Positions 48,449 to 58,234 are shown, numbered from the stretch's first letter. The stretch: 64,000 nt of DNA from Candidatus Omnitrophota bacterium (GCA_015233675.1 JADFXH010000001.1:76563-140562); one strand, 5' to 3'. The notes: generated by a model from the sequence alone, not told the origin. Translations and numbers: made by a program.

Positions 48449-49881
48449 TGTTTCCGCTCATCCCACCATCCGCCGCCCAGTGCCTGAAAAAGAGCTGCCG
48501 TATCGGCAAATCGGACCGCATAAGCCTGCACAAGCCCTATTCGAGCTTCACTATCCTGACGTTCGGCTGTTAAGAGCTCTATATAGCTGATTGCCCCGGC
48601 CTGAAATTGTGCTTTGGCAATTTTGAGGGATTCGTCAGCCGCCACTTGCGCGTTTGATCGCGCATTCATCGCGGCAACATCAGCCTCCAGGGCCCGAAGC
48701 ACATTTGCCACATCCTGAAACGCCAACAAAACGGTCTGTCGATATTGCGCCAGGGCCTCGTCATACGCTGCCTGAGCAGAGCGACGCCTGGCCCTCAATT
48801 CTCCGCCATGAAACAAAGGTTGAACGACCCCAGTCCCGAAATTCCAAACTGCATCATTTGTCTTAAACATTTTCTCAAAATGATTTTCCGAAGATCCATA
48901 ACTGCCGCTCAAAACGATCTGCGGCAGAAGATTCGCCGTGGCCACCCCGACATTCGCACTGGCAGCATGCAGCAGCGCCAACGAAGCCTGAACGTCAGGC
49001 CTTTGTTCAATTAAAACAGACGGGAGGCTGACCGGAAGCTCCTTTGGCAAAATAAGGTCCGGCATATGAAACTGCGGCAGCATCCTCTCTTCTCCCGGTG
49101 TTTTACCAACCAGAACAGCCATTTGATGTCGTGTAAAAGCCAACTCCCTTTCCAATGCCGGGATTGAACCCCTGGTTTGTTCAACTAATGTCTGTTGCGA
49201 GAGGACATCGAACCTGGAAATTCCTCCCAATGACAGCTGGTTGTGAAGTATTTTCAACTGTTCTTCCTCATCCGCCAATATCTCTAGAGTCGAGTCTATC
49301 TGCCCCCGCAGAGCTACTTCTTTCCCGGCTGCGGCAACAATATTCGACGTCAAGGTCAAGTAGGCCGCATCTTTTAAGAAATTCGCGTTATCCACTTGGG
49401 CCCTGAGCGATTCCATCTCACGTCTCGCCCCTCCCCACAAATCGAATGCGTAAGAAACATTGACAGATGCTTGATATAACCGGAACAAAGCTCCCTGGGC
49501 CTTGTCCTGCCCCAGAGAGGCTTCATTAATTTTTTGCCGGATGGCGGATAAATTAGCGTCCACAACGGGAAAATAAGTAGCGCCGACATTGGCCCTATAC
49601 TCCTCCTGGGCCTGACGCAAAGATGCCTTAGCTGCGGCCAAAGTCGGAGAGTTAATTAACGCCTCACGGACTAATTCATCCAGGGATTTTGATTTAAATA
49701 GCGCCCACCACTCTTGGGGGATTTTGGCTCCCACAACAAAAATAGGCCCGGCTTTCAACATTCCCGAGGGATAGGCGATGCCTGCGGGGATTGCCGGCTT
49801 CTTAAAGTTCGGTCCCACTGCGCATCCGAAAAGTGTCGGCAAGATCAGTAGCCCTATAAAAAAAATTCTTCGGTCTTTCAT
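48445..49881 (-). CDS. efflux outer-membrane factor lipoprotein (NodT/OprM family)
   Basis: Lipobox TLFGC, two OEP repeats, 478 aa. Confidence 0.85.
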   Translation of the reverse strand: MKDRRIFFIGLLILPTLFGCAVGPNFKKPAIPAGIAYPSGMLKAGPIFVVGAKIPQEWWALFKSKSLDELVREALINSPTLAAAKASLRQAQEEYRANVGATYFPVVDANLSAIRQKINEASLGQDKAQGALFRLYQASVNVSYAFDLWGGARREMESLRAQVDNANFLKDAAYLTLTSNIVAAAGKEVALRGQIDSTLEILADEEEQLKILHNQLSLGGISRFDVLSQQTLVEQTRGSIPALERELAFTRHQMAVLVGKTPGEERMLPQFHMPDLILPKELPVSLPSVLIEQRPDVQASLALLHAASANVGVATANLLPQIVLSGSYGSSENHFEKMFKTNDAVWNFGTGVVQPLFHGGELRARRRSAQAAYDEALAQYRQTVLLAFQDVANVLRALEADVAAMNARSNAQVAADESLKIAKAQFQAGAISYIELLTAERQDSEARIGLVQAYAVRFADTAALFQALGGGWWDERKQ

Positions 49882-50017
49882 GAACGGCCATTTAAATGTT
49901 TATAAACTATCTAAAATTCATATTACCATTCTTTAAATAATACTAAATGTAATTCTTTAATTTTATAATAAGCCGATTTTTTAGAATGAATCAAATTTTA
50001 TTTATGCGGGCTAAGCC

Positions 50018-50050
50018 ATAAAAAAACCTGACAGGATTGCTCCCATCAGG
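50018..50050 (-). terminator. intrinsic terminator of the ElaB-like operon
   Basis: Minus strand reads CCTGATGGG-agcaat-CCTGTCAGG followed by TTTTTTTATGG. Two stem pairs are G:U only on the minus strand. Confidence 0.75.
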
Positions 50051-50130
50051 GGCCTAATTATTTCTTTTGCCAAATTTCAAGAGAAATGCAAGCGCTGATC
50101 GTTGACCTGCTCTGCCTGGAAATGCGATAT

Positions 50131-50331
50131 CTAATAATCAACAAACAATGCTTCATGCGAAAGATTGGAAAAAGAAACTGAAGCCTTTTGGCTTAAATAA
50201 TATTCCTCCTCCTCTTGCACGTATAACCTATTAAAGAGCTGCCTCGTTACTTTCAACTCATCGGCAATTCCCCTTCTTGGCCGGTCAGCCCTGGAGGATT
50301 TTTGGTTCTTTTGATATTTAATTATTTTCAT
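50131..50331 (-). CDS. small hypothetical protein (66 aa)
   Basis: ORF only. It is co-oriented and tightly spaced after the membrane-protein gene and followed by a terminator. Confidence 0.35.
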   Translation of the reverse strand: MKIIKYQKNQKSSRADRPRRGIADELKVTRQLFNRLYVQEEEEYYLSQKASVSFSNLSHEALFVDY

Positions 50332-50355
50332 AGCACTGCCCTCTTATCACCCATT

Positions 50356-50778
50356 TTACTTATTATCAGGACCTGTCTTTCCCAAAGAAGACACCCCCGT
50401 TTCATCTTTAAAAATATCTTGCGCGTTAAACATAAACAGCCATTTCTTTTCTGAAAACACAAAAACAAAAGCCCCTATCGCTATCAAAAAATAAACAGCC
50501 GCCGATAAAAAGCCTACCCACATTTTTATTTCCATGCTGAAAGGAGTGTAAATAAAGAAAGTTGTATTCAAAATAATAATACTGCTTAACATAAAAACAA
50601 GACAGACACCCATGCCCAAATAACTTAAAGACAAAAACCGGCATGTTTTAATGATCCTTAAATACAATAGCTTAATTTTCAACCTGGGAACATTCTTGTA
50701 GCTTTGAGGATTGGACACTATCTTTTTCGTTATGATAGGAATTAAAACAAATAATAATGATAATAAATTTTTTCTCAT
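50356..50778 (-). CDS. small membrane protein (2-3 TM), possibly YqjE/DUF1469-like
   Basis: Hydrophobic helices. The family guess rests on its position after a DUF883/ElaB-like gene. No strong motif. Confidence 0.4.
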   Translation of the reverse strand: MRKNLLSLLFVLIPIITKKIVSNPQSYKNVPRLKIKLLYLRIIKTCRFLSLSYLGMGVCLVFMLSSIIILNTTFFIYTPFSMEIKMWVGFLSAAVYFLIAIGAFVFVFSEKKWLFMFNAQDIFKDETGVSSLGKTGPDNK

Positions 50779-50853
50779 AGAAACTAACTATAGCAAATTA
50801 GTAATCAAAAAACTTCTCCTGAAGCACGGCTTTCTGCTTAACGAAGAAATTTT

Positions 50854-51078
50854 TTAATCTCTTGATTTCCCAATGAGTAAACCCAATAAAAGGCAACCGA
50901 TCCCAACGCCCGCTACAACCGGCCAGGGATTTTCATGTGTTTTTTTGTCAATATCGGAAGCCAATTTTGCCGCCTGCTCACAGCCTTGTTTTAATTTTTT
51001 CTCTGCTTCAAATAGAGCGTTTTTTAACCTAGCTTCTCCTTCTTCAATGCTTGAAATGATCCTTCCGTGTTCGTCCAT
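50854..51078 (-). CDS. ElaB/YqjD/DUF883-family tail-anchored protein
   Basis: 74 aa. MDEHGRIISSIEEGEARL... is helical, with ENPWPVVAGVGIGCLLLGLLIGKSR as a C-terminal anchor. The track ORF's first 89 aa are a translated repeat. Confidence 0.6.
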   Translation of the reverse strand: MDEHGRIISSIEEGEARLKNALFEAEKKLKQGCEQAAKLASDIDKKTHENPWPVVAGVGIGCLLLGLLIGKSRD

Positions 51079-51087
51079 AAACAGCTC

Positions 51088-51191
51088 CTTCCTTAAAATT
51101 CCACAAACTTCTCCATTGATTAGGTCGGGCCAACCACCCTTCCTTAAAATCCCACTAACCTTCTCATTAATTAGGTCAGGCCAACCGGCCC
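51088..51191 (-). repeat. 50-nt RBS-bearing leader repeat, 2 copies (second diverged)
   Basis: Copies start at 51088 and 51139. The 3' end reads AAGGAAGGAGCTGTTTATG. Confidence 0.8.
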
Positions 51192-51425
51192 TCCCGGTTC
51201 TTTTATAGTAAAGATACAAAAGCACTTTACACATGAGCTTCAAAGTCTGCCATTGGCTAAAGTCATATTTTATTGACTTTTTTCCACTTTTGGGCTGGCA
51301 ATCTTTCTTTACCAATGAAAAACCTGGCAAAATGGTACCGCTCATTGGTCAAACTTCTAAATCTATCTCTGAACGGTGAACGGTCTATTAAAGATAAAAA
51401 GGCTCGAGAAGCCTGTCTGTTTATA

Positions 51426-52523
51426 TTAGCTTTTCTTATCGGTCAAAAAACGCGCCTTAAGAAGACCTTCCGCCCACTCCCCCTCTTCTGTCGAGTCCCA
51501 GACAATGCCTCCCCCAACACCCATTTCAGCCAAATGCCCCTTACGGACAAGGATCGTACGTATGGGAATATTGAAAAACCAGTCTCCTTCTGGAGTAATA
51601 TAACCAATGGCGCCTGTATAAATATGCCGTGGCTCACGCTCAAGTGAACGAATGATCTCCATGGCACGGATGCGCGGGGCACCGGTGACCGAACCTGATG
51701 GGAACACTGCCTTAAGAATTCGCGAAAAATTCTCATCCACCGAAAGCTTTCCGGTTACGGTCGAGGTCATCTGAAAAAGGGTCCGATAACCCGCCACCTC
51801 AAAAAGTCTTGGGGTTCGGATACAAGTCGCTACTCGTCCCAAATCGTTTCTTAGAACATCCGCGATCATGACATTCTCTGCCCTATTCTTCTGATCATAC
51901 TGAAAACGCAGGCGCTCCCACAGATCACCCCACAAACCCTCTCCGCGCGGCCAAGTGCCTTTCATGGGTTTGCTTGAAATGTAGCCACGTTCTTTCTTAA
52001 GAAAAAGTTCAGGAGACAAAGACATAACACAAAAATCCTCCGTCTCAAGGTAAACCGGATAAGGAACAGGCTGGTCACAGAGCAAGGCTTCGTAACAAGC
52101 AAAAGCATCTCCCAAAAGATTGAATTTAAACTTGATGCAATAGGTGATCTGGTAGACCTCGCCTTGCGCGATACACTTCTTGATCGTTCGAATATCTCGC
52201 GCATAATCGTCTTTAGTAATGTTCAACGAAAGGTCTCGAATGGCATAATTTCCTGGACGGTATAGACGATCCAGGGCGGCAGGCGTACGATAAACACCGA
52301 AACACAAGAGTGGAAAGACAGGGCTGTCAAACGAAGAAAAACAAGGCTCAAAGGCATAGCCTAACTCGTACGATACAAAACCTGCAACAAAGTATCCTTC
52401 AAGTCGAGCACGATCTACCTCTTCGAGCGCACGGTGAACATCCCCCGTGCGATGGCACACGATAAGTCTCAGAGGATCACGAAAGCATATCCTCTTGGGG
52501 GAAAATTGAAAAATAATATCCAT
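51426..52523 (-). CDS. pabB: chorismate-utilising enzyme, aminodeoxychorismate/anthranilate synthase component I family (short form)
   Basis: 365 aa with the C-terminal chorismate-binding signature (PSGSVTGAPRIRAMEII...RHIYTGAIGY...GGGIVWDS). Confidence 0.7.
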   Translation of the reverse strand: MDIIFQFSPKRICFRDPLRLIVCHRTGDVHRALEEVDRARLEGYFVAGFVSYELGYAFEPCFSSFDSPVFPLLCFGVYRTPAALDRLYRPGNYAIRDLSLNITKDDYARDIRTIKKCIAQGEVYQITYCIKFKFNLLGDAFACYEALLCDQPVPYPVYLETEDFCVMSLSPELFLKKERGYISSKPMKGTWPRGEGLWGDLWERLRFQYDQKNRAENVMIADVLRNDLGRVATCIRTPRLFEVAGYRTLFQMTSTVTGKLSVDENFSRILKAVFPSGSVTGAPRIRAMEIIRSLEREPRHIYTGAIGYITPEGDWFFNIPIRTILVRKGHLAEMGVGGGIVWDSTEEGEWAEGLLKARFLTDKKS

Positions 52524-52573
52524 GATCTAGCCCTATGGTCTGGGTGCCAAGCAGTACGCCGGACTAGATCATG
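52521..52573 (-). promoter_or_regulatory. 10-bp perfect inverted repeat enclosing the pabB start codon
   Basis: catgatctag (52521-52530) and ctagatcatg (52564-52573). In the mRNA the AUG lies in the 3' arm. Confidence 0.45.
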
Positions 52574-52762
52574 ACCACGATAAAAAGTGTTATTTACTAC
52601 TTAAATAAGCTATGAAAATTTTATTAACATGGTGTCGCTTATTGGTCTAGCTTATAAATGCACCTCTGAACGACTAATGGTCTATTATATACGGTTAAGA
52701 CCAAATATCAGCAAACATTGGAAAACTAAAGATCATGGATTCGATAATATTTAATGGCCTTC

Positions 52763-53605
52763 CTATCTGTACGGCCGGCACCAATAGGCCAGCTTCCTTT
52801 TTCTTACCACTGAGCCGTGCCTGCGGAAATTTGCCAGCTGCCTGATGAAATACCAGAATTCTTTTTCCGTCAGGTCGGATTTCATTTCATTCAACAGCGA
52901 TGAGGTGATCACGATCTTTCTTGGATCACGGGGCATCCAATGGTCAAAAACCAGATACCAGGGGCTTTTAGGATCATCCAACTCCAGAGGCATTCCCGTA
53001 TAGTAACAGACAAAACCATACTTGCGCACGTAGTCCCAAATCTCATTGATGCATTCCCGGAATAAACGGTCATGTTTCATCCGAAACGCGATCCTGGCAC
53101 ACCTGGCGCAGAATTTACGCCCTTTCAACGCTGGCGCCCGCCAGCAGCCGGCGCATACCTTATCGCCCGTTGAGCTCCCAACCTGCCAATGCACCAGCGG
53201 TATTTTTTTGACCTTTAAATGTTTTTCCCTGTGATCGTCCAGGGCAAGCACGTAATACCAGAATTCTTTTTCCGAAAGGCTTGATTTCATCTCATTCAAA
53301 AACGCCGCCGCGGGGACTATCTTGGCTTTATCTGCAGGATCCAAACGGCTAAAGACCAAATACCAGGGACTAGTGTCATCATCTATCTCCAGTAATATTC
53401 CTGAGTAGTGACACCTCCGGCCGCGCTTGTGCAAATAAGCCCAAAAATATTTCCTAGCCTTCGCACGAAAATGTTCATTATGAAGCCGCTTTGCCAATTT
53501 GGCACAATAGAAGCAGTATTTCGATGAGTTTAAAAGCATTCTCTTGCCGCAGCCGCGGCATTTGGTGTGTGAGCTTATGTGTTTCTTCTGTTTCACCGAT
53601 AACAT
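52763..53605 (-). CDS. tandem-duplicated zinc-ribbon + HNH-like domain protein
   Basis: Two ~135-aa halves, each CxxC-x11/12-CxxC followed by C.Y.G..LE.DD...PWYLVF(DH/SR)..P......LLNEMKS.L.EKEFWY. The second half keeps a DH...N..K HNH-like pattern. The first half has SR in place of DH. Confidence 0.5.
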   Translation of the reverse strand: MLSVKQKKHISSHTKCRGCGKRMLLNSSKYCFYCAKLAKRLHNEHFRAKARKYFWAYLHKRGRRCHYSGILLEIDDDTSPWYLVFSRLDPADKAKIVPAAAFLNEMKSSLSEKEFWYYVLALDDHREKHLKVKKIPLVHWQVGSSTGDKVCAGCWRAPALKGRKFCARCARIAFRMKHDRLFRECINEIWDYVRKYGFVCYYTGMPLELDDPKSPWYLVFDHWMPRDPRKIVITSSLLNEMKSDLTEKEFWYFIRQLANFRRHGSVVRKRKLAYWCRPYR

Positions 53606-53645
53606 CCTTCCTCAACAAATGCGCGGAAATGAGGACCGTTTCTGC

Positions 53646-54173
53646 CTAACCCTTGATCAATTCACAACTTCCAGCGGAAGTGTCCCCGTACCTCGTTAAT
53701 GCAAGCACTCCATCAACAATATCATTCTTATCATTTAAATATTTGTACGCACTGCTATATACATAATCTTCAAGATGATTGACTATCTTTGCCTTTAAAG
53801 GATTTTCATGCACATATTTTAACTCTTCAATCATCGCCTTATCCGTCGTTATTGCAACCGACTTAAAGCGACCTTGCCAAAAATGCCCCACATAGGAATT
53901 ATTCTTTCGAAAATATCTTCCAAATGACAATAATATTTTTTGCATCACAACTGATAATCCATGCTTACCTTGTACCTGTATCAACCAATGCGCATGATTG
54001 TCCATGATCACGTATCCGTAAATTCTAAAATCTAATCTTTGTTAAAATTTTCCAAGACTTTTCAATAACAACATCTTCGTCGAGTGCTCACGCAATAACA
54101 TTTGACGGTTGTTGCAACGAATCATAACATGATAAATATTCCAATCTTGATAAAATCTTTTATGCCGTGACAT
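53646..54173 (-). pseudogene. REP-associated tyrosine transposase (RAYT / IS200-like Y1 transposase) with an in-frame TAA
   Basis: Own translation from the ATG at 54173: MSRHKRFYQDWNIYHVMIRCNNRQMLL...LGKF, then TAA at 54042-54044. The same frame continues QRLDFRIYGYVIMDNHAHWLI (HUH motif) ...YVHENPLKA (catalytic Tyr region). Confidence 0.7.
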
Positions 54174-54325
54174 ATCTCCCCCCTCATTTTTAGGTTTTCT
54201 TGGGGGAATTTATGTCATCAAGCCAGGGGAGACTTGTTTTTTGTCAGTAATTCCAATTATGGGGACACTTCTGTCTGAACTTGTTGTGTCACATTAAGTT
54301 AATCAGAAACGGTCTGTATTAAATT

Positions 54326-54404
<79 letters not shown>

Positions 54405-54409
54405 AAAAT

Positions 54410-55891
54410 TTATTTACGATACGGCTCCAATGTTTTCAAATACTCAGCTGGAGGATTATACCCTAAAGATTGAGCATCTGCCAGATAATGAATAGCTCCT
54501 TTAAAATCCCTGGACTTAAATGACAAAATGGATAAATTCACAAAAGCATCCTGATGACGCGGATTGATCCCCACAGTCTTTAAATACGACGCAATAGCCT
54601 CACCATTCTGCCCCAAACTGGCATAAACATTACCTAAATTATAATACGCTTCGGCATTCTTGGGCGCCACATCAACTGCTTTCTCATAATAATTGACGGC
54701 TTCACTTAACTCACCCTGTGATTCGCTCAAATATCCTAAATTAAAATACGCGTCGCCATTGTCCGGATCTAACTTGATGACCCTTAAATACATTTGACGG
54801 GCCCTTGGCTGATCCCCTAAAGTATTAAAAATAATGCCCATGTTAAGATAGCCCGGAGCATATTTAGGGTGAAAATGAATCAGGCGACCATATAACTCCA
54901 TGGCTGCCTTATAATTTCCGGCATCCCGATAAAGATTAGCCAAATTAAACAACGCCTGCATGTAATCCGGTCGCATTTGTACGGCCTTGGTATAAAAACG
55001 CATAGCTTCTTCTTTCCCTCCAACCTGCTCATATAAAATCCCCAGATCGTAATAATCAGCGGCATTGTATTTTTTACGTTTGGATAATTGTTCGAAATCA
55101 GCTAACACTTCTTCACGCTTTTCCTTGTAAATATCATCCTGCGGATTATCCTCAATAGCTCGTCCGTAAGCTTCAATTACTTTAACATAAATTTTTTCAT
55201 CATCTGGAAAAAGGTTCAAAAGACGACTGTAGGTTTCTACAGCCTCCTTGCTTTTACCCAAAACCCGATAGGCCTCACCAAGCCCCAAATAAACTTCAGG
55301 CATCTGAGAATTTAAAGTGATGATCTTTTGAGAGTATTGGATCACCTGATCCCAAGAGCTCTTCTGCCTTACTATCCTTGCCATAGCCACATACGCTTTA
55401 ATATATTTAGGATCGATATCTAAGGCTTTTTGATAATATTTTTGGGACAGGGGAAAATTCTTTGACTTGTCATACGCATCTGCCAAATTATTCATAACCT
55501 CGGCCGTAGGGTGAATCTTTGATTCATATGTCCAGAATGTCAACGCATCACGGCGAAGATTCAACTCAAAAATACTCGTCAAGACAACCGCGCAACAAAA
55601 AACAACGACCGCGGCCCAAAAAAGGAATTGCGCCACCGCTTCCTGGGTCTTAAGAAAAAAATAAAACCGCTCTGCCCCCTTGGACAGCAACAAAAAAAAT
55701 AAGAATGCCGCCGCGTATAGTCCAAAGAAACGATAAGGCCCCCAGATCAAAAATACGGCAGGTTCTGAAATAAAAAAAAGAAATGCAAATAAACATACCC
55801 ATCGTTTATTTATTTTCCAAAGCAGCGCGGACATAGCAAGGGCGATCGAACATAAACAATGTCCTGCAAGAAAGACGAACGAAATTTTCAT
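54410..55891 (-). CDS. membrane-anchored TPR repeat protein
   Basis: About 4 N-terminal TM helices, then many canonical 34-aa TPR repeats (AxxYYNLGxxY... pattern). Confidence 0.7.
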   Translation of the reverse strand: MKISFVFLAGHCLCSIALAMSALLWKINKRWVCLFAFLFFISEPAVFLIWGPYRFFGLYAAAFLFFLLLSKGAERFYFFLKTQEAVAQFLFWAAVVVFCCAVVLTSIFELNLRRDALTFWTYESKIHPTAEVMNNLADAYDKSKNFPLSQKYYQKALDIDPKYIKAYVAMARIVRQKSSWDQVIQYSQKIITLNSQMPEVYLGLGEAYRVLGKSKEAVETYSRLLNLFPDDEKIYVKVIEAYGRAIEDNPQDDIYKEKREEVLADFEQLSKRKKYNAADYYDLGILYEQVGGKEEAMRFYTKAVQMRPDYMQALFNLANLYRDAGNYKAAMELYGRLIHFHPKYAPGYLNMGIIFNTLGDQPRARQMYLRVIKLDPDNGDAYFNLGYLSESQGELSEAVNYYEKAVDVAPKNAEAYYNLGNVYASLGQNGEAIASYLKTVGINPRHQDAFVNLSILSFKSRDFKGAIHYLADAQSLGYNPPAEYLKTLEPYRK

Positions 55892-55899
55892 GGGAAGTG

Positions 55900-56421
55900 T
55901 CAGTAACGGATTACCGAATAAATCGGAAAATCTTTAAGCTTTTCTTTTCCTTTGAGAAATTGCAATTCCACCAAAAAAGCCACACCGACGATTTTAGCCT
56001 TCTGTAATTTTAAAAGGTCAACTACTGCTTTAACAGTTCCACCGGTGGCCAAAAGATCATCCACCACTAAAACCCTGGCATTGGCAGGGATGGCATCTTC
56101 ATGGATCTCTAAAGTATCCATGCCATATTCCAGCTGATATGTCACGCTTTTTGTTTTATAAGGGAGTTTGCCTTTCTTGCGCACCGGTATAAACCCGGCA
56201 CCTAATTTGTAGGCTAAAGCCGCCCCAAAAATAAACCCGCGAGCCTCTACTGCGACAACATATTTGATCCTTGATTTTTTAAAAGTCGAGGCTAAAGTAT
56301 CAATAGACTTTCCAAATGCCTCAGGATTTTTTAAAAGGGTGGAAATATCCTTGAATATGATGCCTTCCTTGGGGAAATTGGGTATATCACGGATATGTTT
56401 TTTAAGATCGCTGACTTTAAT
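55900..56421 (-). CDS. apt: adenine phosphoribosyltransferase, apparently initiating at ATT
   Basis: Own translation upstream of the track ORF: (I)KVSDLKKHIRDIPNFPKEGIIFKDISTLL...VEARGFIFGAALAYKLGAGFIPVRKKGKLP...VLVVDDLLATGGT. There is no ATG, GTG or TTG between the in-frame TAG (56428-56430) and codon 80. The ATT at 56421-56419 follows GGGGGGAG by 5 nt. Confidence 0.7.
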   Translation of the reverse strand: MKVSDLKKHIRDIPNFPKEGIIFKDISTLLKNPEAFGKSIDTLASTFKKSRIKYVVAVEARGFIFGAALAYKLGAGFIPVRKKGKLPYKTKSVTYQLEYGMDTLEIHEDAIPANARVLVVDDLLATGGTVKAVVDLLKLQKAKIVGVAFLVELQFLKGKEKLKDFPIYSVIRY

Positions 56422-56493
56422 TTTAACTCCCCCCTAACCCCATTGCTATCCAAATTGTCCGTAGGAGTGGACTTTATGTCGGCATTTTCCGAC

Positions 56494-56520
56494 GGGCGGA
56501 CACAAGGCTCTCCCCTGCGC
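56494..56520. repeat. degenerate REP-like element (gggcggacacaaggctctcccc)
   Basis: The left arm matches the 37957 hairpin. The right arm has decayed. Confidence 0.45.
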
Positions 56521-56526
56521 AAAATC

Positions 56527-57393
56527 TCAAATTTTTCCCATCGATTCAGCTTGGATTAATTTAGCCAACAGCACTTCTTTAACCGGAAGCTTGGCCAAGC
56601 CATGGCTGATCTGATACAGCATCTCCAGCCCCAAACGTCCCATTTCAACCAATGGCTGTGAAACCGTAGCCAAAGGTATTGAACTATGCGCACGCAGAGG
56701 ATTGTCATCAAACCCGCATATAGCCAGCTCCGAGGGGATAGAAATCTTTTTCGACTTAGCCACATCCATGACTTCCAAGGCCATTACATCGGACGCGGCA
56801 AAAATAGCCGTTGGTCTTGATTTTAATTTGAGGAGCTCCACAGCTGCCTCACGGGCAGGGGTGCGTAAAAAACCGCCTAACTTAACATAGGTTTCATCAG
56901 GTTCTATATTATGTTTCTTAAGCGCGTCATTATAACCTTCCAGACGAGACTGGCCTGCCTGAGTCGTTAAATCACCGGCAATGGTGGCAATATGCTTATG
57001 GCCCAATTTTATGAACCTCTCGACAACCTGCATCGCGGCCTCATAATTGTTGACGGCAATATAATTGATTGGCTCATGAATGATATTATTAAGAACCAGA
57101 CACGGCATACCGCGAGTGATCGCTTTTTTGACGATATCAAGATCATTGTCAATATCCGCGAATAGAATGCCGTCCACGTGTTTACGATCCAATAAAGTAG
57201 GGTCAAGCCACGCGGCATGATCCGATCGATCGGCGATATGCACTAAAAAATCGACATTCAAACGGCTGGCCGCCAAATTCACACCTTTGGTGATCTCACC
57301 GGTATAAAAAGAATGAAAAATATCTTCGAACCTAGGAAGGATTAAAACATAGATCGGTTTACGTTTAACAGCCATAAAAGCCTTTCGTGTCAT
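56527..57393 (-). CDS. LacI/PurR-type periplasmic-binding-fold ligand-binding domain protein lacking the N-terminal HTH
   Basis: 288 aa. It aligns by pattern to the LacI core (...[34 protein letters not shown]...) but begins directly at the core. ATGA overlap with the sigma gene stop. Confidence 0.7.
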   Translation of the reverse strand: MTRKAFMAVKRKPIYVLILPRFEDIFHSFYTGEITKGVNLAASRLNVDFLVHIADRSDHAAWLDPTLLDRKHVDGILFADIDNDLDIVKKAITRGMPCLVLNNIIHEPINYIAVNNYEAAMQVVERFIKLGHKHIATIAGDLTTQAGQSRLEGYNDALKKHNIEPDETYVKLGGFLRTPAREAAVELLKLKSRPTAIFAASDVMALEVMDVAKSKKISIPSELAICGFDDNPLRAHSSIPLATVSQPLVEMGRLGLEMLYQISHGLAKLPVKEVLLAKLIQAESMGKI

Positions 57394-58199
57394 TTTTCAC
57401 GTTCATTGAGGATTTCTTTCATTTTTCCCATGGTCAACTCTTCGATCTGACGCACCCGCTCACGGGAAATTCCCATTTTCTTAGCGATCTGTGCCAGCGT
57501 GTGGGGTTGATCGCCTTCTTTTAGCCCAAAGCGCATTTCAATGATCATTTTTTCACGTTCATCCAGGCCTTTAAGAATTGCCTGAGCCCGTTCTTTATTC
57601 AAGAATGTTGCCACAGATTCATCAGGAGCGACCATGTTCTCATCTTCCAGTACATCCAGCATCTGCCCTTCACCATCTTCTCCCAAAGGAGCATCGATGC
57701 TTGACATCTTGGTAATAGCGCCGTCTAACTCCCTGACCTTTTCCATAGTGACTTTAAGTTTTTTTGCGACTTCAGCAGTGGTGGGCCTACGGCGCAATGA
57801 CTGGGTCAATTTTTCGACGGCCTTGCGGTATTTAAGGATCTCATCATTCAAATAAACGGGAACACGGATCATCTTGCCCTGGTCAATGATTGCCCTGGAA
57901 ATCCCCTGCTTGATCCACCAGGCCGCGTAGGTTGAAAAACGAAACCCTTTTTGAGGGTCGAATTTATCTACCCCGCGCATAAGGCCGATGTTTCCTTCTT
58001 CGATCAAATCACTTAAAGAAATCCCGAGATTGGTATAACGTTTGGCAATACTGATGACCAAACGCAAATTAGCGCGGATCATGTCCTCGCGGGCCTTTTT
58101 ATCGCCCTTTTGAACACGCTTGGCCAAAACGATTTCCTGCTCAGCGGTCAAAAGAGCGATATTCTTAATGTCTTTTAAATATGACTTAATTGGATCCAT
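57390..58199 (-). CDS. sigma-70 family sigma factor (RpoD/RpoS-like, regions 1.2-4)
   Basis: 269 aa with [45 protein letters not shown] and [11 protein letters not shown]. Confidence 0.85.
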   Translation of the reverse strand: MDPIKSYLKDIKNIALLTAEQEIVLAKRVQKGDKKAREDMIRANLRLVISIAKRYTNLGISLSDLIEEGNIGLMRGVDKFDPQKGFRFSTYAAWWIKQGISRAIIDQGKMIRVPVYLNDEILKYRKAVEKLTQSLRRRPTTAEVAKKLKVTMEKVRELDGAITKMSSIDAPLGEDGEGQMLDVLEDENMVAPDESVATFLNKERAQAILKGLDEREKMIIEMRFGLKEGDQPHTLAQIAKKMGISRERVRQIEELTMGKMKEILNEREK

Positions 58200-58234
58200 G
58201 AGCTCCTGTGTTATTATAAAACATCAGTATTACC

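Noticed and set aside
50854-51345. 163-aa track ORF
   Set aside because: Residues 51-87 (GRAGWPDLINEKVSGILRKGGWPDLINGEVCGILRKE) are a translation of two 50-nt repeat units. The true gene starts at the ATG at 51078, after an AAGGAAGGAG SD. The same artefact extends 12665..13015 and 34311..34670.
56331-56522. 63-aa track ORF (MRRGEPCVRPSENADIK...)
   Set aside because: It is a translation of REP-like sequence and overlaps the real apt 5' region in another frame.
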